The position numbers were made by a program, and so were the translations under genes. The notes beneath the pieces are model-generated. The model worked only from the letters and a program-made list of their open reading frames with translations. It had not been told where the DNA came from and did not search any database. Positions 1-10,139 of a stretch of 64,000 nucleotides of DNA are shown piece after piece (within the stretch, counting starts at the first letter, position 1; every line of letters begins with the position of its first letter). Source of the DNA: Candidatus Krumholzibacteriota bacterium (GTDB lineage: Bacteria > Krumholzibacteriota > Krumholzibacteriia > JAJRXK01). The stretch is from assembly GCA_963727455.1 (NCBI GenBank), contig CAVSGG010000009.1, positions 192,001 to 256,000 of the forward strand. Reading direction: 5' to 3'.

Positions 1-107
1 TCTTTTTCGCTCCCTTTTGCCAGCATCCCATCGTGTGCTATCTTGGCCGCCGGACATCCGCGGTCCGGTCAAGCCTTCGTGTCTCTTTCTCTCAGGGGTA
101 GCTTCCG

Positions 108-1648
108 ATGCGCGATTTTCTCAAGGAGCTGGGTCTCTCCGGTGTCAATTCCGGCGTCTACGGACAAGGCTGGGTGGAACATCCCAATGGCGGTGAACTC
201 ACGAGCTACTCCCCCACGAGCGAAGAGCCCGTGGGGAAGGTTCTGCAGGCCAGCGACGAGGACTACGAAACCGTGGTCGGCGCGGCGCAGGAAAGATTCG
301 ACAGCTGGCGTATGCTGCCGGCTCCGCAACGCGGCGAAATCGTGCGCCAGCTCGGCGAGGAGCTACGCAAGTACAAGCGTCCGCTGGGCAAACTCGTCTC
401 CTTCGAAATGGGCAAGATTCTCAGCGAAGGAGTGGGCGAGGTGCAGGAGGCCATCGACATCGCCGATTTCGCGGTTGGCCTGTCGCGTCAGCTCTACGGA
501 CTGACCATGCACTCGCGAGCGTGCCGCGCCACCGGATGTACGAGCAGTGGCATCCCCTCGGCGTCATCGGCATCATCACCGCCTTCAACTTCCCCATGGC
601 GGTGTGGGCCTGGAACGCGATGATCGCGGCGGTTTGCGGCGACACCATGATCTGGAAGCCCTCCAGTCAAGACCCCGCTCATGCGCCATCGCCATCCAGC
701 ACATTCTGCGATCGCGTGATGAAGAAGCACGGACTGCGCGGGCGTCTTCAACCTCTGCGTGGGCGCCGGCTCGGTGGTGGGTGAGCGCTCATCAACGACC
801 ACCGGGTTCCGCTGATCAGCGCCACGGGCTCGGTGCCGAATGGGCCGCCACGTCGGCGCAGGCGGTCGGCGAGCGGCTCGGCCGCTGCCTGCTCGAGCTG
901 GGCGGCAACAACGCCATCATCGTCGACGCACGATGCCGACCTCGATCTCGCCCTGCGCGCCATCGCCTTCGGTGCCGTGGGCACCGCTGGCCAGCGCTGC
1001 ACTCACACCCGCCGGCTGTTCCTGCACAAGCGTCATCGCCGAGGACGTTCACCGGAGCGGCTGGTGGAGGCCTATGACGAGCTCCCATCGGGCGATCCGC
1101 TCGATCCCGAGCACGCTGATGGGACCGCTGATCGACGAGGTCTGCGATCGAGGACATGAGGCCGCGCTGAAGACAGCGCAGGCCGAGGGGGCGAGAGTGC
1201 TCACCGGCGGCAAGCGCGTCGACCGGCCCGGGCTACTTCGTGAAGCCGACCATCGTCAAGGCCGCGAAGCACGACATGCCAGATCGCCAGCGAGGAGACC
1301 TTCGCGCCCATCCTCTACGTCATCGAATTACGAGGAGCTCGAAGACGCGATCGCGATGCAACAACGACGTCCCGCAGGGTCTGTCCCGCGCGATGTTCAC
1401 CACCAACTTGCTGCTCCGCGGAGACGCTTCCTCGCGCGCGAAGGTAGCGACTGCGGCATCGCCAACATCAACATCGGCACGTCGCGGCGCCGAGATCGGG
1501 GGCGCCTTCGGCGGCGAGAAGGAGACCGGCGGCGGACGCGAGGCCGGCAGCGATAGCCTGGAAGGTCTACATGCGCCGCCAGACCTGCACCATCAATTAC
1601 AGCCGTGAAATGCCGCTGGCGCAGGGCGTGAAGTTCGAAATCGAGTAG
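108..1648 (+). CDS. Aldehyde dehydrogenase family 7 (antiquitin/aminoadipate-semialdehyde dehydrogenase-like), broken by many frameshifts
   Basis: Successive frames give [71 protein letters not shown] and end at [13 protein letters not shown] (1646-1648). Dense indels suggest sequencing error rather than true decay. Confidence 0.85.
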
Positions 1649-1884
1649 AGAGTCCGGGCCACGCGAGGCCCACTTCCAACGAGGAATGAGCTGAGCACCA
1701 GCGCGCATCCTCCCCGAGTCTTCGTCTCGGTGCCTTGCCCCGACTGTGCGGAGGAGCCTTCGCGGCGCGCGCACTGCGCGCGCTGCAAGGGGGACGGGAT
1801 TCTGCTTTTGAGCGTGAAAGCGGAGCACGCCGGCCTGCCCGCGCCACAACTCTTGAGCCTCTACTTCAGCCAGGATCCGGGGGC

Positions 1885-3156
1885 CTAGGCCGCGACCTGT
1901 CCCGCCTCCACCATCCGCCGCAACTTCTGCTTGGCGCTGCGCAGCTTCGCGTAATATGCCGCGGAGAACGCGGTATGCATCGCCTTGAGCTTCATGCGAT
2001 GCGCCAGGTAGGAACCGCGGTGCTCACTCAGTCCGGCGCACTCTTCGGGCAACATGACCAAACTCACGTGAATGTTGGGCGCGACGCCGATGGGCAAGTG
2101 CTTCTGCATGCAGCGGTCGTAGAGGCGCGCGAAGATGGGAACCATGTCCTCGGTGCTCGGAACGTCCACGGATTCGTAGTCGGTACCCTTCAGCGGACGG
2201 AAGACGCAAACGGTGGGAACTGCACCCTGCTCGGTGATCCAGTCGATGGCTTCGATGCTGTCGGCCGGGCTTTCCAGTCCGGCGATGATCTCTCCGTTCG
2301 TGACCCAGGGCTCGAGCCGTGCCAGGTCTCCGTTGCCCAGGGACGCACAGTAGCGAATCGCCTCCAGGTAACGGTCCAGGCCGTATTGGGTGTGCTTGCC
2401 GGGACAAACCTCGATGAATCGCTCGCGATTGTAGAGTTCGAAGCAGAAGCTCACGCGGTTGACGCCCATCTTCTTGAGTTGGTCGTAACGTGAAAGATCG
2501 GCGTGCGGTGGCGTCTGTACCCCGACGAGCAGACCGGTTTCCTTCTTGATGGCGGCAATGTAGGGCTCGAGTAGATCGAGATAGCTCTCGCCCGGGTAGT
2601 GACCCGTATTGAAATCGACATAGGTGATTCCGCTCTCGAGTACCGCGGCCCGCACCACTTCCATCACCTCCTCCACTTCCTTCTCGTCCGCGTCGTCGTG
2701 GCCCAGGTTCAGCCCCACGCTGCAGAAGTGGCAGTTCACCTTCGTGTCGCGCGTCCAGTACTCGCAGACCTTGCCGGGGTAGATTCCCAGATAGGTCCCC
2801 TGCAAACTCCCGATCTGCCGCATCTTTCGTCCCGAGCTGGTGCTACGCTCGTACCAGGCCGGCTTTGGCGAAAGCTGAGGGTTGCAGATGAACTCGCCCT
2901 CGCGCTCCAGCACCAGCTGATCGCCGTCCATCCTCAAAAGGTAGGGAGAGCGATCCACGAAACTCTCGGCCACCGGGACGTTGGTCCACAGCCCGTCCGG
3001 AAGAATCAGTTCGAGACCACTACCCAATCCGGCCCGCGTGCGTAGAATGGGACGGCCACCGGCCCGCTCGAGGTAACAGCTCTCGTCGATGCGTGAGCCC
3101 TTGCAGTAGAGATCGAGCTTGAGATAAGCCGGATTGGTCTTGGGATCCAAACGCAC
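1885..3156 (-). CDS. Radical SAM protein with non-canonical Cx10Cx2C motif (MSMEG_0568-like)
   Basis: CEYWTRDTKVNCHFC cluster motif; later FCFEL, VCPGK, IIAGLES and FRPLKGT segments typical of the biotin/lipoyl-synthase-like fold. Confidence 0.8.
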   Translation of the reverse strand: MRLDPKTNPAYLKLDLYCKGSRIDESCYLERAGGRPILRTRAGLGSGLELILPDGLWTNVPVAESFVDRSPYLLRMDGDQLVLEREGEFICNPQLSPKPAWYERSTSSGRKMRQIGSLQGTYLGIYPGKVCEYWTRDTKVNCHFCSVGLNLGHDDADEKEVEEVMEVVRAAVLESGITYVDFNTGHYPGESYLDLLEPYIAAIKKETGLLVGVQTPPHADLSRYDQLKKMGVNRVSFCFELYNRERFIEVCPGKHTQYGLDRYLEAIRYCASLGNGDLARLEPWVTNGEIIAGLESPADSIEAIDWITEQGAVPTVCVFRPLKGTDYESVDVPSTEDMVPIFARLYDRCMQKHLPIGVAPNIHVSLVMLPEECAGLSEHRGSYLAHRMKLKAMHTAFSAAYYAKLRSAKQKLRRMVEAGQVAA

Positions 3157-3277
3157 CTGCGGCCTCCGGGGGGATAGAGCTGCACCATCAAGGCGAAGAA
3201 AGTTCGATCAGGGGCGGCGAAGCTGCTTCAAGTATGGGAGTCTGAGAGGGTACGGGTCAAGGAACCAGGGAGGAATC

Positions 3278-4273
3278 ATGCGTTTCGAATGGACGGTGAG
3301 CGATGCGGATGCCGGCCGGCGCCTCGATCGCTTTCTTCTCAGCCGCTTCAGATCGCAGCTCGATTCGGTCTCCTCCTCGCACATCCAGCGCATGTTGCGT
3401 AAGGGTGACGTCAAGTTGAACGGGGTCAAGGCCCGCCCGGGCGTCAGCTTGAAGTCGGGAGACGTGGTCGTCGCCCATCACCCCGTGAAGGGAACCAGGC
3501 CTTCTGCGAATCAGGAAGCTGAGGCAGGTCTGTCGCCCATTCCCCGCTACCAGGGACCGCCCATCACCGTGTTGCACGAGGCGGACGGCTTCCTGGTGGC
3601 GAACAAGCCGGCCGGCGTGAGTTGCGATCATGGTGAGGGAGGGACCCCCGGACTCTTGAACTGGGTACTGTCGCGTTACGAGGAGGACGCGGCAGCCGGC
3701 AAGGTGCGGCCCGCCGCCGCGCACCGTCTGGACGCGGGAACCACCGGCGCGGTCTGCCTCGGACTGACCGCGCGCGCGCTGGAGAGCTTTCGCAGTGCCC
3801 AAGCGGAGAAGCGAACTCGCAAAGTCTACTGGCTCGTGGTCTGGGGCCGCCCTTTGGAAAGAAACTTCGAGCTGACGATTCCGCTGCGCCGCCTTGCACA
3901 TTCCAAACGAAACGCACCCAAAGTCGTCGTGGCCGAGATGGGAGAGAAGGGACTCTCCGCGCGCACTCGATTTCGCTGGATCGCGGCCGGTGACGAGTGC
4001 TCTCTCCTTCAGGCCGAGGTCCTGACCGGACGCACCCATCAGATAAGAGCCCACTGCAAAGCGCACGGACTGCCGATCGTGGGAGATCCGCGCTATGGAG
4101 ATCGCGCCAGGGACGAGCGTTCGGGTATGCGCTCGTTCCTGGATCATCAGCTGCTGCACGCGAGGCAGCTCGAACTCGAAGATCCCTCGGTGGGATTTGA
4201 GGTCACCGCCCCGCTACCCTCGGAGTTCCGCCGCGCCCTGCGACACTTTCGCATCGAGATGGTCGACGATTGA
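3278..4273 (+). CDS. RluA-family (RluC/RluD-like) pseudouridine synthase with S4 domain
   Basis: GRRLDRFL S4 domain, NKPAG, HRLDAGTTG, TGRTHQIRAH, PIVGDPRY, LHA; GGAGG upstream of ATG 3278. Confidence 0.93.
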   Translation: MRFEWTVSDADAGRRLDRFLLSRFRSQLDSVSSSHIQRMLRKGDVKLNGVKARPGVSLKSGDVVVAHHPVKGTRPSANQEAEAGLSPIPRYQGPPITVLHEADGFLVANKPAGVSCDHGEGGTPGLLNWVLSRYEEDAAAGKVRPAAAHRLDAGTTGAVCLGLTARALESFRSAQAEKRTRKVYWLVVWGRPLERNFELTIPLRRLAHSKRNAPKVVVAEMGEKGLSARTRFRWIAAGDECSLLQAEVLTGRTHQIRAHCKAHGLPIVGDPRYGDRARDERSGMRSFLDHQLLHARQLELEDPSVGFEVTAPLPSEFRRALRHFRIEMVDD

Positions 4274-4422
4274 GCCCAAAGCGCTCAACGTTGCTCGGCG
4301 CACCCTGTGCGATTAGACTGAAGTTCTGCACCCGAGCCTCGCGCGGAGCGGAGAGCTCCTGGCCGAGCTCTCGGGGCAAAGAACGAACTGATCCCCAACG
4401 ATGCGCAAGTAAGGAGAGATCC

Positions 4423-4848
4423 ATGGATCGACGTCAATTCATCCAAGTGGGACTCGTAGGCACCGCAGGTGCCCTGGTCATCCCCAAAATGGTCTTCGCG
4501 CAAATTCCCGACAGCCCCATGGCGGGCGGGGTGTACTACACCGAAAAGGCGCCGGGACGTTGGAGCAAGAAGGTCGCGCTTCACTTGCCCAGCATCGAAA
4601 TCGAGAAGGGCAGCGATGGGCTCACGGTTCAGGTCCGCACCTCGCATCCGATGGACGGCTACGAACACTACATCGTGAAGCACGTGCTCCTGGACAAGAA
4701 CTTCAGCTTTCTCGATGAGAACATGTTCGACCCCACGAAGGACAAGGCGCCGTTCTCCACCTTCAAACTGGAGAGCTACGAAGGCGCCCTGTATGCGCTC
4801 AGTGTCTGCAACAAGCACGACACCTGGCTCAACGTGGTCGAGGTCTGA
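4423..4848 (+). CDS. Tat-exported superoxide reductase/desulfoferrodoxin-like protein
   Basis: DRRQFI twin-arginine signal; HLP, HPM, HYI and CNKH metal-ligand pattern; AAGGAG RBS. Confidence 0.75.
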   Translation: MDRRQFIQVGLVGTAGALVIPKMVFAQIPDSPMAGGVYYTEKAPGRWSKKVALHLPSIEIEKGSDGLTVQVRTSHPMDGYEHYIVKHVLLDKNFSFLDENMFDPTKDKAPFSTFKLESYEGALYALSVCNKHDTWLNVVEV

Positions 4849-4879
4849 CAGGCTGATTCGGCGCCATTTTGCCAGCGGC

Positions 4880-6490
4880 TCAGCCTCTGATGCGGGACAT
4901 CAGATTACGAACTCTGGACGCGACGACCTGCCGGGTGCGCAGCCGCCAGTCGACACCAACTACCTCTCTGGGAAGAACGAGCCAGGCGGTGAGGGTTCCT
5001 CCCAGCGCGGTCAGGGCAGAGTCGGCCAGCAGCAAGGACCAGCTGCTGGGCTCCAAGGCATGGATGGCCCCCCATCCCGTCGCGAGGGTGACGAAGAACA
5101 CGATGAGCCCCGGTCCCAGCGCTTTCAGGTAGAGTTGGCGGATGGAGTACTGCAGAACCCGGCTCATGTAGGAAGGGAACCAAATCAGATCGACCAGCAG
5201 ATAGGCGACCAGGGTCGCGATCGCCACCCCATAGATCTCGTAGTAGCGCATGAGGACCAGACTCAACACGACCTTCAAGACTCCCGAGCTCACTCGCATC
5301 GTGTTGTAGGTTCCGATGCGCGCCGTCCCGGTGAGCACTGAATAGCCCAAGCGTGAGCTGGGATTGAAGAGCTGCGGGAAGATCAGGATGGCCATGAGCA
5401 CGCCGCATTCTCCGTACTCGGGCCCGATCCAGAGTCGAAAGAAAGCCTGCCCCAGCATGATGCCGCCGGCGGCCAAGATCCCGCCCATCGCGTACATGAA
5501 GACGCTTCCCTCGAGAAATACCGCCCGCACTCCGCGCGTGCCGCTGCGCGCGAAACTCTGCGCCGCATAGGGATCGACGACCCGCACGATGGAGCTGACG
5601 AAACTCCCGGTGTAGCGCAGCATGGTAGAGGCAAGGGCATACACGGTGATCCGCTCGGGAGGAAAGTAGATCCCGATGAGCACGAGGTCGGACTGGGTCA
5701 TCAGCAGATCCGCCGCGATTCCCACGAGCGACTTGCCGCCGAAGGTGAAGAGTGCTCTCAGAGAAGCGCGATCCGCCTTGCGCAAGTCGAGCTGCCAGTG
5801 GGGCTCCTGCCGGCGCGCGGCGAAGTAATAGAGCACTCCGGTGAGAACCGCGATTCCGAGGGTGAGATAGGCCAGGGCCAGGATCCCGAATCCAGCCTTG
5901 AACAGAATCACGATGAGGCCCGCCCGCAGAATCAAGCCGCCCACCGCGATGCCGTTCATGGTGTCGAAGCGCTGGTTGGCCACGAGAAGGCAGCTGAACA
6001 CCGCGAACCCGAAGGTCGCGCCCACCGCTACTGACGCGATCACGATCGTATGCCGCGCCAGGTGCAAGAGGTTCGGCGGGATGTTGAACTTGTCCGCACC
6101 GAAGATCGCGACCAGGATACCCCCCAACACACAGAGTCCGGCGGCGGGCAAGAGAATGCTCAGAGCCGCGTTCACATAGCGCGTCTCCATCTTGGGATCT
6201 TCGTGTCCGATCGCGTAGGCGAGATAGCGAGTGGTGGCGCTCTGGATCCCCCCCGCGAACAGTCCGTAGTGGCCAGTGAACGCCACGATGAGCGACCAGA
6301 CTCCATAGAGTTTGTCGCCCAGATTCCTCACGATGAAGGGCGCCATCAAGAAGCCGATCACGAGCGGAAAGAAGAAACCCGCTTGATTGGCCACGAGGTT
6401 TCCGAACACCCTACGGCTCAACGAATGCTGCGGCCGCGAATCCTCTGGGGGAGTCGGCGTCGTGCTGGTCTCGATTCGATCCGAGTTCAT
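4880..6490 (-). CDS. Polysaccharide flippase (Wzx/MOP family)
   Basis: Many TM segments, PFIVRNLGDKLYGVWSL; start overlaps the upstream GT stop (ATGA). Confidence 0.85.
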   Translation of the reverse strand: MNSDRIETSTTPTPPEDSRPQHSLSRRVFGNLVANQAGFFFPLVIGFLMAPFIVRNLGDKLYGVWSLIVAFTGHYGLFAGGIQSATTRYLAYAIGHEDPKMETRYVNAALSILLPAAGLCVLGGILVAIFGADKFNIPPNLLHLARHTIVIASVAVGATFGFAVFSCLLVANQRFDTMNGIAVGGLILRAGLIVILFKAGFGILALAYLTLGIAVLTGVLYYFAARRQEPHWQLDLRKADRASLRALFTFGGKSLVGIAADLLMTQSDLVLIGIYFPPERITVYALASTMLRYTGSFVSSIVRVVDPYAAQSFARSGTRGVRAVFLEGSVFMYAMGGILAAGGIMLGQAFFRLWIGPEYGECGVLMAILIFPQLFNPSSRLGYSVLTGTARIGTYNTMRVSSGVLKVVLSLVLMRYYEIYGVAIATLVAYLLVDLIWFPSYMSRVLQYSIRQLYLKALGPGLIVFFVTLATGWGAIHALEPSSWSLLLADSALTALGGTLTAWLVLPREVVGVDWRLRTRQVVASRVRNLMSRIRG

Positions 6491-7473
6491 CGTGCCGTGC
6501 GTTCTCGATAGTGTGAACTGAGCCGGCTCAGGTTGCGGGAGCAAAAGCTCGCAAGAGGTGAGGGAAGAGACATCACCGCGTTCTTCAAACTCAACTTCAG
6601 ATGCCGCTGCGATCTGGGAACTTCGCGGACCAACTTGCGAAACGCAGCAACTTCGGCGCACTCGAAAGCGACTTCAGCCGCGACCCCGCTTCGATAAGTA
6701 ATCTCATCGTCGATGATGGCGGAGTAATCCGCCTTCGTGGCGTGGTTGGCGCGGGCGTGGTAGAGGATCTCGATCTCCCCCTGTAGAGTCGCCAAGAGAT
6801 CCCCGGAGAAATTCTCCCCATGCCTCCTGATCCCCACCGTGGCCGCCTCCAGTGCGGCGACTTTCGAGTGTTCCACACTGCGCAGGATGAAGTCGAGATC
6901 TTCCGAAGGAGTGCGGCTGAATTGCGGATCGAAGCCTCCGATCTCCTCGAAGTGATCGCGCGACATCACCACCGCTGAAGGGAAGATCGGTTGGAATCGC
7001 AGTACGCGACCGTACATGTCCACGATCGGCCACCAGCCGCCGGGAATGGCCTCCGCACCGACCCAAAAGCCCTCCGGAGCTTCCTCGAACTTCGTTTTCT
7101 CCTCCCAGATCCCGTCGCGAACGATGCGGAAGTTAGAGAAGGAGAAGGGAACCTCTCCCAAACGCTCCCGCAACTCGCTGTGCAGCTTCAGATGGTTTGT
7201 GGTCCAAAGATCGTCGCTGTCACAAAACGCCACCCACGGCGAATGGCTCAGGGAAAAGCCGTGGTTTCGCGCCCGGCAGACCCCTCCGTTTCTCACGCGC
7301 GTGTAGTGCACCCTGCCGCCAAAGGACGCGATGACCCGCTGGGTGTCATCGGTCGATCCATCATCCACCACGATGATCTCTTGTGGGGGCAGACTCTGGC
7401 CCAGAATGCTGCGAATCGTCTCACCGATGAGGTGGGCCCGATTGTAGCTGGGGATGATCACGCTGATATCCAT
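6487..7473 (-). CDS. Glycosyltransferase family 2
   Basis: SVIIPSYN, VVDDGSTD, ARNHG, FCDSDD. Confidence 0.92.
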   Translation of the reverse strand: MDISVIIPSYNRAHLIGETIRSILGQSLPPQEIIVVDDGSTDDTQRVIASFGGRVHYTRVRNGGVCRARNHGFSLSHSPWVAFCDSDDLWTTNHLKLHSELRERLGEVPFSFSNFRIVRDGIWEEKTKFEEAPEGFWVGAEAIPGGWWPIVDMYGRVLRFQPIFPSAVVMSRDHFEEIGGFDPQFSRTPSEDLDFILRSVEHSKVAALEAATVGIRRHGENFSGDLLATLQGEIEILYHARANHATKADYSAIIDDEITYRSGVAAEVAFECAEVAAFRKLVREVPRSQRHLKLSLKNAVMSLPSPLASFCSRNLSRLSSHYRERTAR

Positions 7474-7500
7474 GCCTGCCTCGACCTCGTCCTGAGCGGG

Positions 7501-8460
7501 TCATCCTCGAGAGGAACTAACGCCGTCAGAGCTCTTCCGGTTTGCGCGATGCTGGGCCATCGCGCCCAGAATGCTCCACAGTTTGGTCTCGTACGCGAAG
7601 GCAACCGCCGGCGCACGAAACAACCAACGCCAACCGCTGGCAAGCGCATACTCAAGCGCCTGGCGGTAGAGGTAGCGGGGTATGCCCAAGAAGAAAGCTC
7701 CTTCGGCGGGAAACTGAGTACCTCGCAAGACGGAACTCTGCCCGTGGGCGTAGAACCAGCGGCGAAAGTAGTTGAGCCGGGTGCGACGGGCATCGAAACA
7801 GTGCAGGACCACGCTTTCCGGCTGATAGTACACGCGCCGGCCCGCGCGCAGAATCCGATCGCAGATCTCGGTATCCTCGCCCATCAAGAGACCGCTGCCG
7901 ACGCGATTCAGAGTGACGGACCAGCGGCCCAGCTTGTCCACCGTGTCCTTGAGGATCGCCGCGTTGGCTCCGAAGAAGCCGTCGTCACCGATCTTCAGAT
8001 CGAAGGGCTCATTCCCCAGATCCAGAAGGGCCAGCGCCGGGTCGAGCCGGGACGAGTACCACGAGGGAACCCCGCCGGGCCAGCGCGGCAGAATCCGCCC
8101 GAAGACCGCATCGACAGCTTGCTCCCGAAAGGCCCGCAGAGTGGCCCCGAGCCAAGCGGGATCAGCCTGGACATCATCGTCGGTGAGCAGCAGGATCCGC
8201 CCCTCACACAGATCGAAACCGCTGTTCAAGGCGTGACTCTTGCCCTGCTTCTCCTCATGTCCGGCCACCAACGGTAAGCGCCCGGCGAACGAGGCGATGG
8301 TCTGTTGCGTGTCGTCGGTCGAAGCGTTGTCCACGACGACGACCTGCCAGCGCAAGCCTGGCTCGACTTCGAGACGTACGAAGCTCTCGAGAGTCCTGCG
8401 CAGACTCTGCGAGCGGTTGTAGGTGCACACGAGGATCGAGAGGTCCATCTGGGTCATCAA
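7501..8460 (-). CDS. Glycosyltransferase family 2
   Basis: SILVCTYNR, VVDNASTD, LTDDD, GED. Confidence 0.92.
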   Translation of the reverse strand: MMTQMDLSILVCTYNRSQSLRRTLESFVRLEVEPGLRWQVVVVDNASTDDTQQTIASFAGRLPLVAGHEEKQGKSHALNSGFDLCEGRILLLTDDDVQADPAWLGATLRAFREQAVDAVFGRILPRWPGGVPSWYSSRLDPALALLDLGNEPFDLKIGDDGFFGANAAILKDTVDKLGRWSVTLNRVGSGLLMGEDTEICDRILRAGRRVYYQPESVVLHCFDARRTRLNYFRRWFYAHGQSSVLRGTQFPAEGAFFLGIPRYLYRQALEYALASGWRWLFRAPAVAFAYETKLWSILGAMAQHRANRKSSDGVSSSRG

Positions 8461-8750
8461 ATCCGGGCAAAGGACGGAAACGTCTCTCCGTGGCAGAGAG
8501 TGGCGTCATTTCCCTAGCATGCTTCGAGCCTAAGGGGTGTTCCTCAAAATGTCATCTAAGTGAACGGAGGGCTGCAAGATAGCCAATCAAGCCCCATGCT
8601 TTCTTCTGCTTCTATCCCGGGCTTTCGCCACGACGGCTGAACCCGCCGTAGTCTCACCCGCATCAGCCTGCTAGACTCTCCTCTTTCCACGGGACACAAG
8701 CTGCGCGGCGGGAATCCGCCGTACGCCTCCCCGAGCCCATAGGAAGTGCG

Positions 8751-10139
8751 ATGTACCTGCTTCGGCCGTTGCCCCTCGCCCAACGCCTCTTGCGACCCTT
8801 GGCGATCTCGCTCGTGGGCGCCCTCGTCCTTCTCTCGCTCTCCGCCGGCCGTGCCGCAGCGGAGGATCCCCCGCCCGAGATTCAAGAGCATGTGCTGCAG
8901 AATGGGATGAAGGTCCTGCTCTGGCCGGTGCAGAGCATTCCGAATCTCTCGCTCTACACCTTTTGGCACGTCGGCAGCCGCAACGAGGCGCCGGGCATCA
9001 CGGGTCTGGCTCACTTCTTCGAACACATGATGTTCAACGGTTCCAAGCACTATCCCCCCGGAGCCTTCGACCGCACCATGGAGGCGGCGGGAGGATCCAA
9101 CAACGCCTACACCAGTCGGAACCTCACGGTCTACCAGGATTGGATTCCGGCCAGCGCGCTCGAGACGACTCTCGACCTGGAGGCGGACCGCATCGCCTCG
9201 CTCTCCATCGATCCGAAAGTCGTCGAGAGCGAGCGCGGCGTGGTGATGAGCGAGAGACGAAGGAGCATCGAGGATTCCAATACACGGCTCATGCTTTTGC
9301 AACTCTGGGCCGCTGCGTTCATCGCCCACCCCTACCAGTGGCCGGTCATCGGCTGGCGGAGCGACATCGAGAACTGGCGTCAGGAAGACCTCGAAGCCTT
9401 CCACGAGCGCTACTATGCACCGAACAATGCCACGATGGTCCTGGTGGGCGCGTTCGATCCCGACGAGGTGCTCCCCATGCTGCGCGAGAAGTTGGGCACG
9501 ATCCCCGCCCGCGAAATCGGCCGCGACGTGGTAACCGTGGAACCGGTTCAGCGCGGAGAGCGGCGCGTCATCCTGCACAAGGACGCGCAGCTCGCGAGCG
9601 TGGCCGCGGCCTGGCACGTTCCGCAGGCATCGAGTGAGGACTACCCCGCCCTGCGGCTTCTGGATCTCGTCCTCACCGACGGGGAAAGCTCGCGGCTCTA
9701 TCGCCGGCTCGTGGACCAGGACCAGACCGCCCTCTCGATCTGGGGGGATCTGGGAGAGGCCTTCGACCCCACCCTCTACACTCTCTTCGCCGAAGTCAGG
9801 AAGGACGCGTCGAGCGCCGAGGTGGAGAGGGCGCTGTACGAGGAAATCGACCGGGTCGCGCAGGAAGGGATCGAGGAACGCGAGCTGCAAAAGGCCAAGA
9901 ACATCCTCCTGGCCGACTTCTATCGCGGGCTCTCCACTCTGAGCGGCAAGGCCCAGTCGCTCGGTGACTACGAGATGTTCCACGAGGGGTGGCGCCACCT
10001 CTTCAGCGCGGCCCAGGATTACGAAATGGTGAGCACCGAGGATCTCAAACGCGTGGCCGCCCAATACCTCACCCAGGACAATCGTACCGTCGTCACTCTC
10101 GTCCCGATTCAAGCGGAGCAAGCCGATGAGAAGAAGTAG
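8751..10139 (+). CDS. M16 (pitrilysin-like) zinc peptidase, catalytic subunit, exported
   Basis: Signal peptide; GLAHFFEHMMF (HxxEH), NAYT, ERGVVMSE. Confidence 0.93.
   Translation: MYLLRPLPLAQRLLRPLAISLVGALVLLSLSAGRAAAEDPPPEIQEHVLQNGMKVLLWPVQSIPNLSLYTFWHVGSRNEAPGITGLAHFFEHMMFNGSKHYPPGAFDRTMEAAGGSNNAYTSRNLTVYQDWIPASALETTLDLEADRIASLSIDPKVVESERGVVMSERRRSIEDSNTRLMLLQLWAAAFIAHPYQWPVIGWRSDIENWRQEDLEAFHERYYAPNNATMVLVGAFDPDEVLPMLREKLGTIPAREIGRDVVTVEPVQRGERRVILHKDAQLASVAAAWHVPQASSEDYPALRLLDLVLTDGESSRLYRRLVDQDQTALSIWGDLGEAFDPTLYTLFAEVRKDASSAEVERALYEEIDRVAQEGIEERELQKAKNILLADFYRGLSTLSGKAQSLGDYEMFHEGWRHLFSAAQDYEMVSTEDLKRVAAQYLTQDNRTVVTLVPIQAEQADEKK

Noticed and set aside
108-1648. ALDH7 as a true pseudogene or recoded gene
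   Set aside because: Many single-base indels with fully preserved motifs, confined to the window start, fit low-coverage long-read error better
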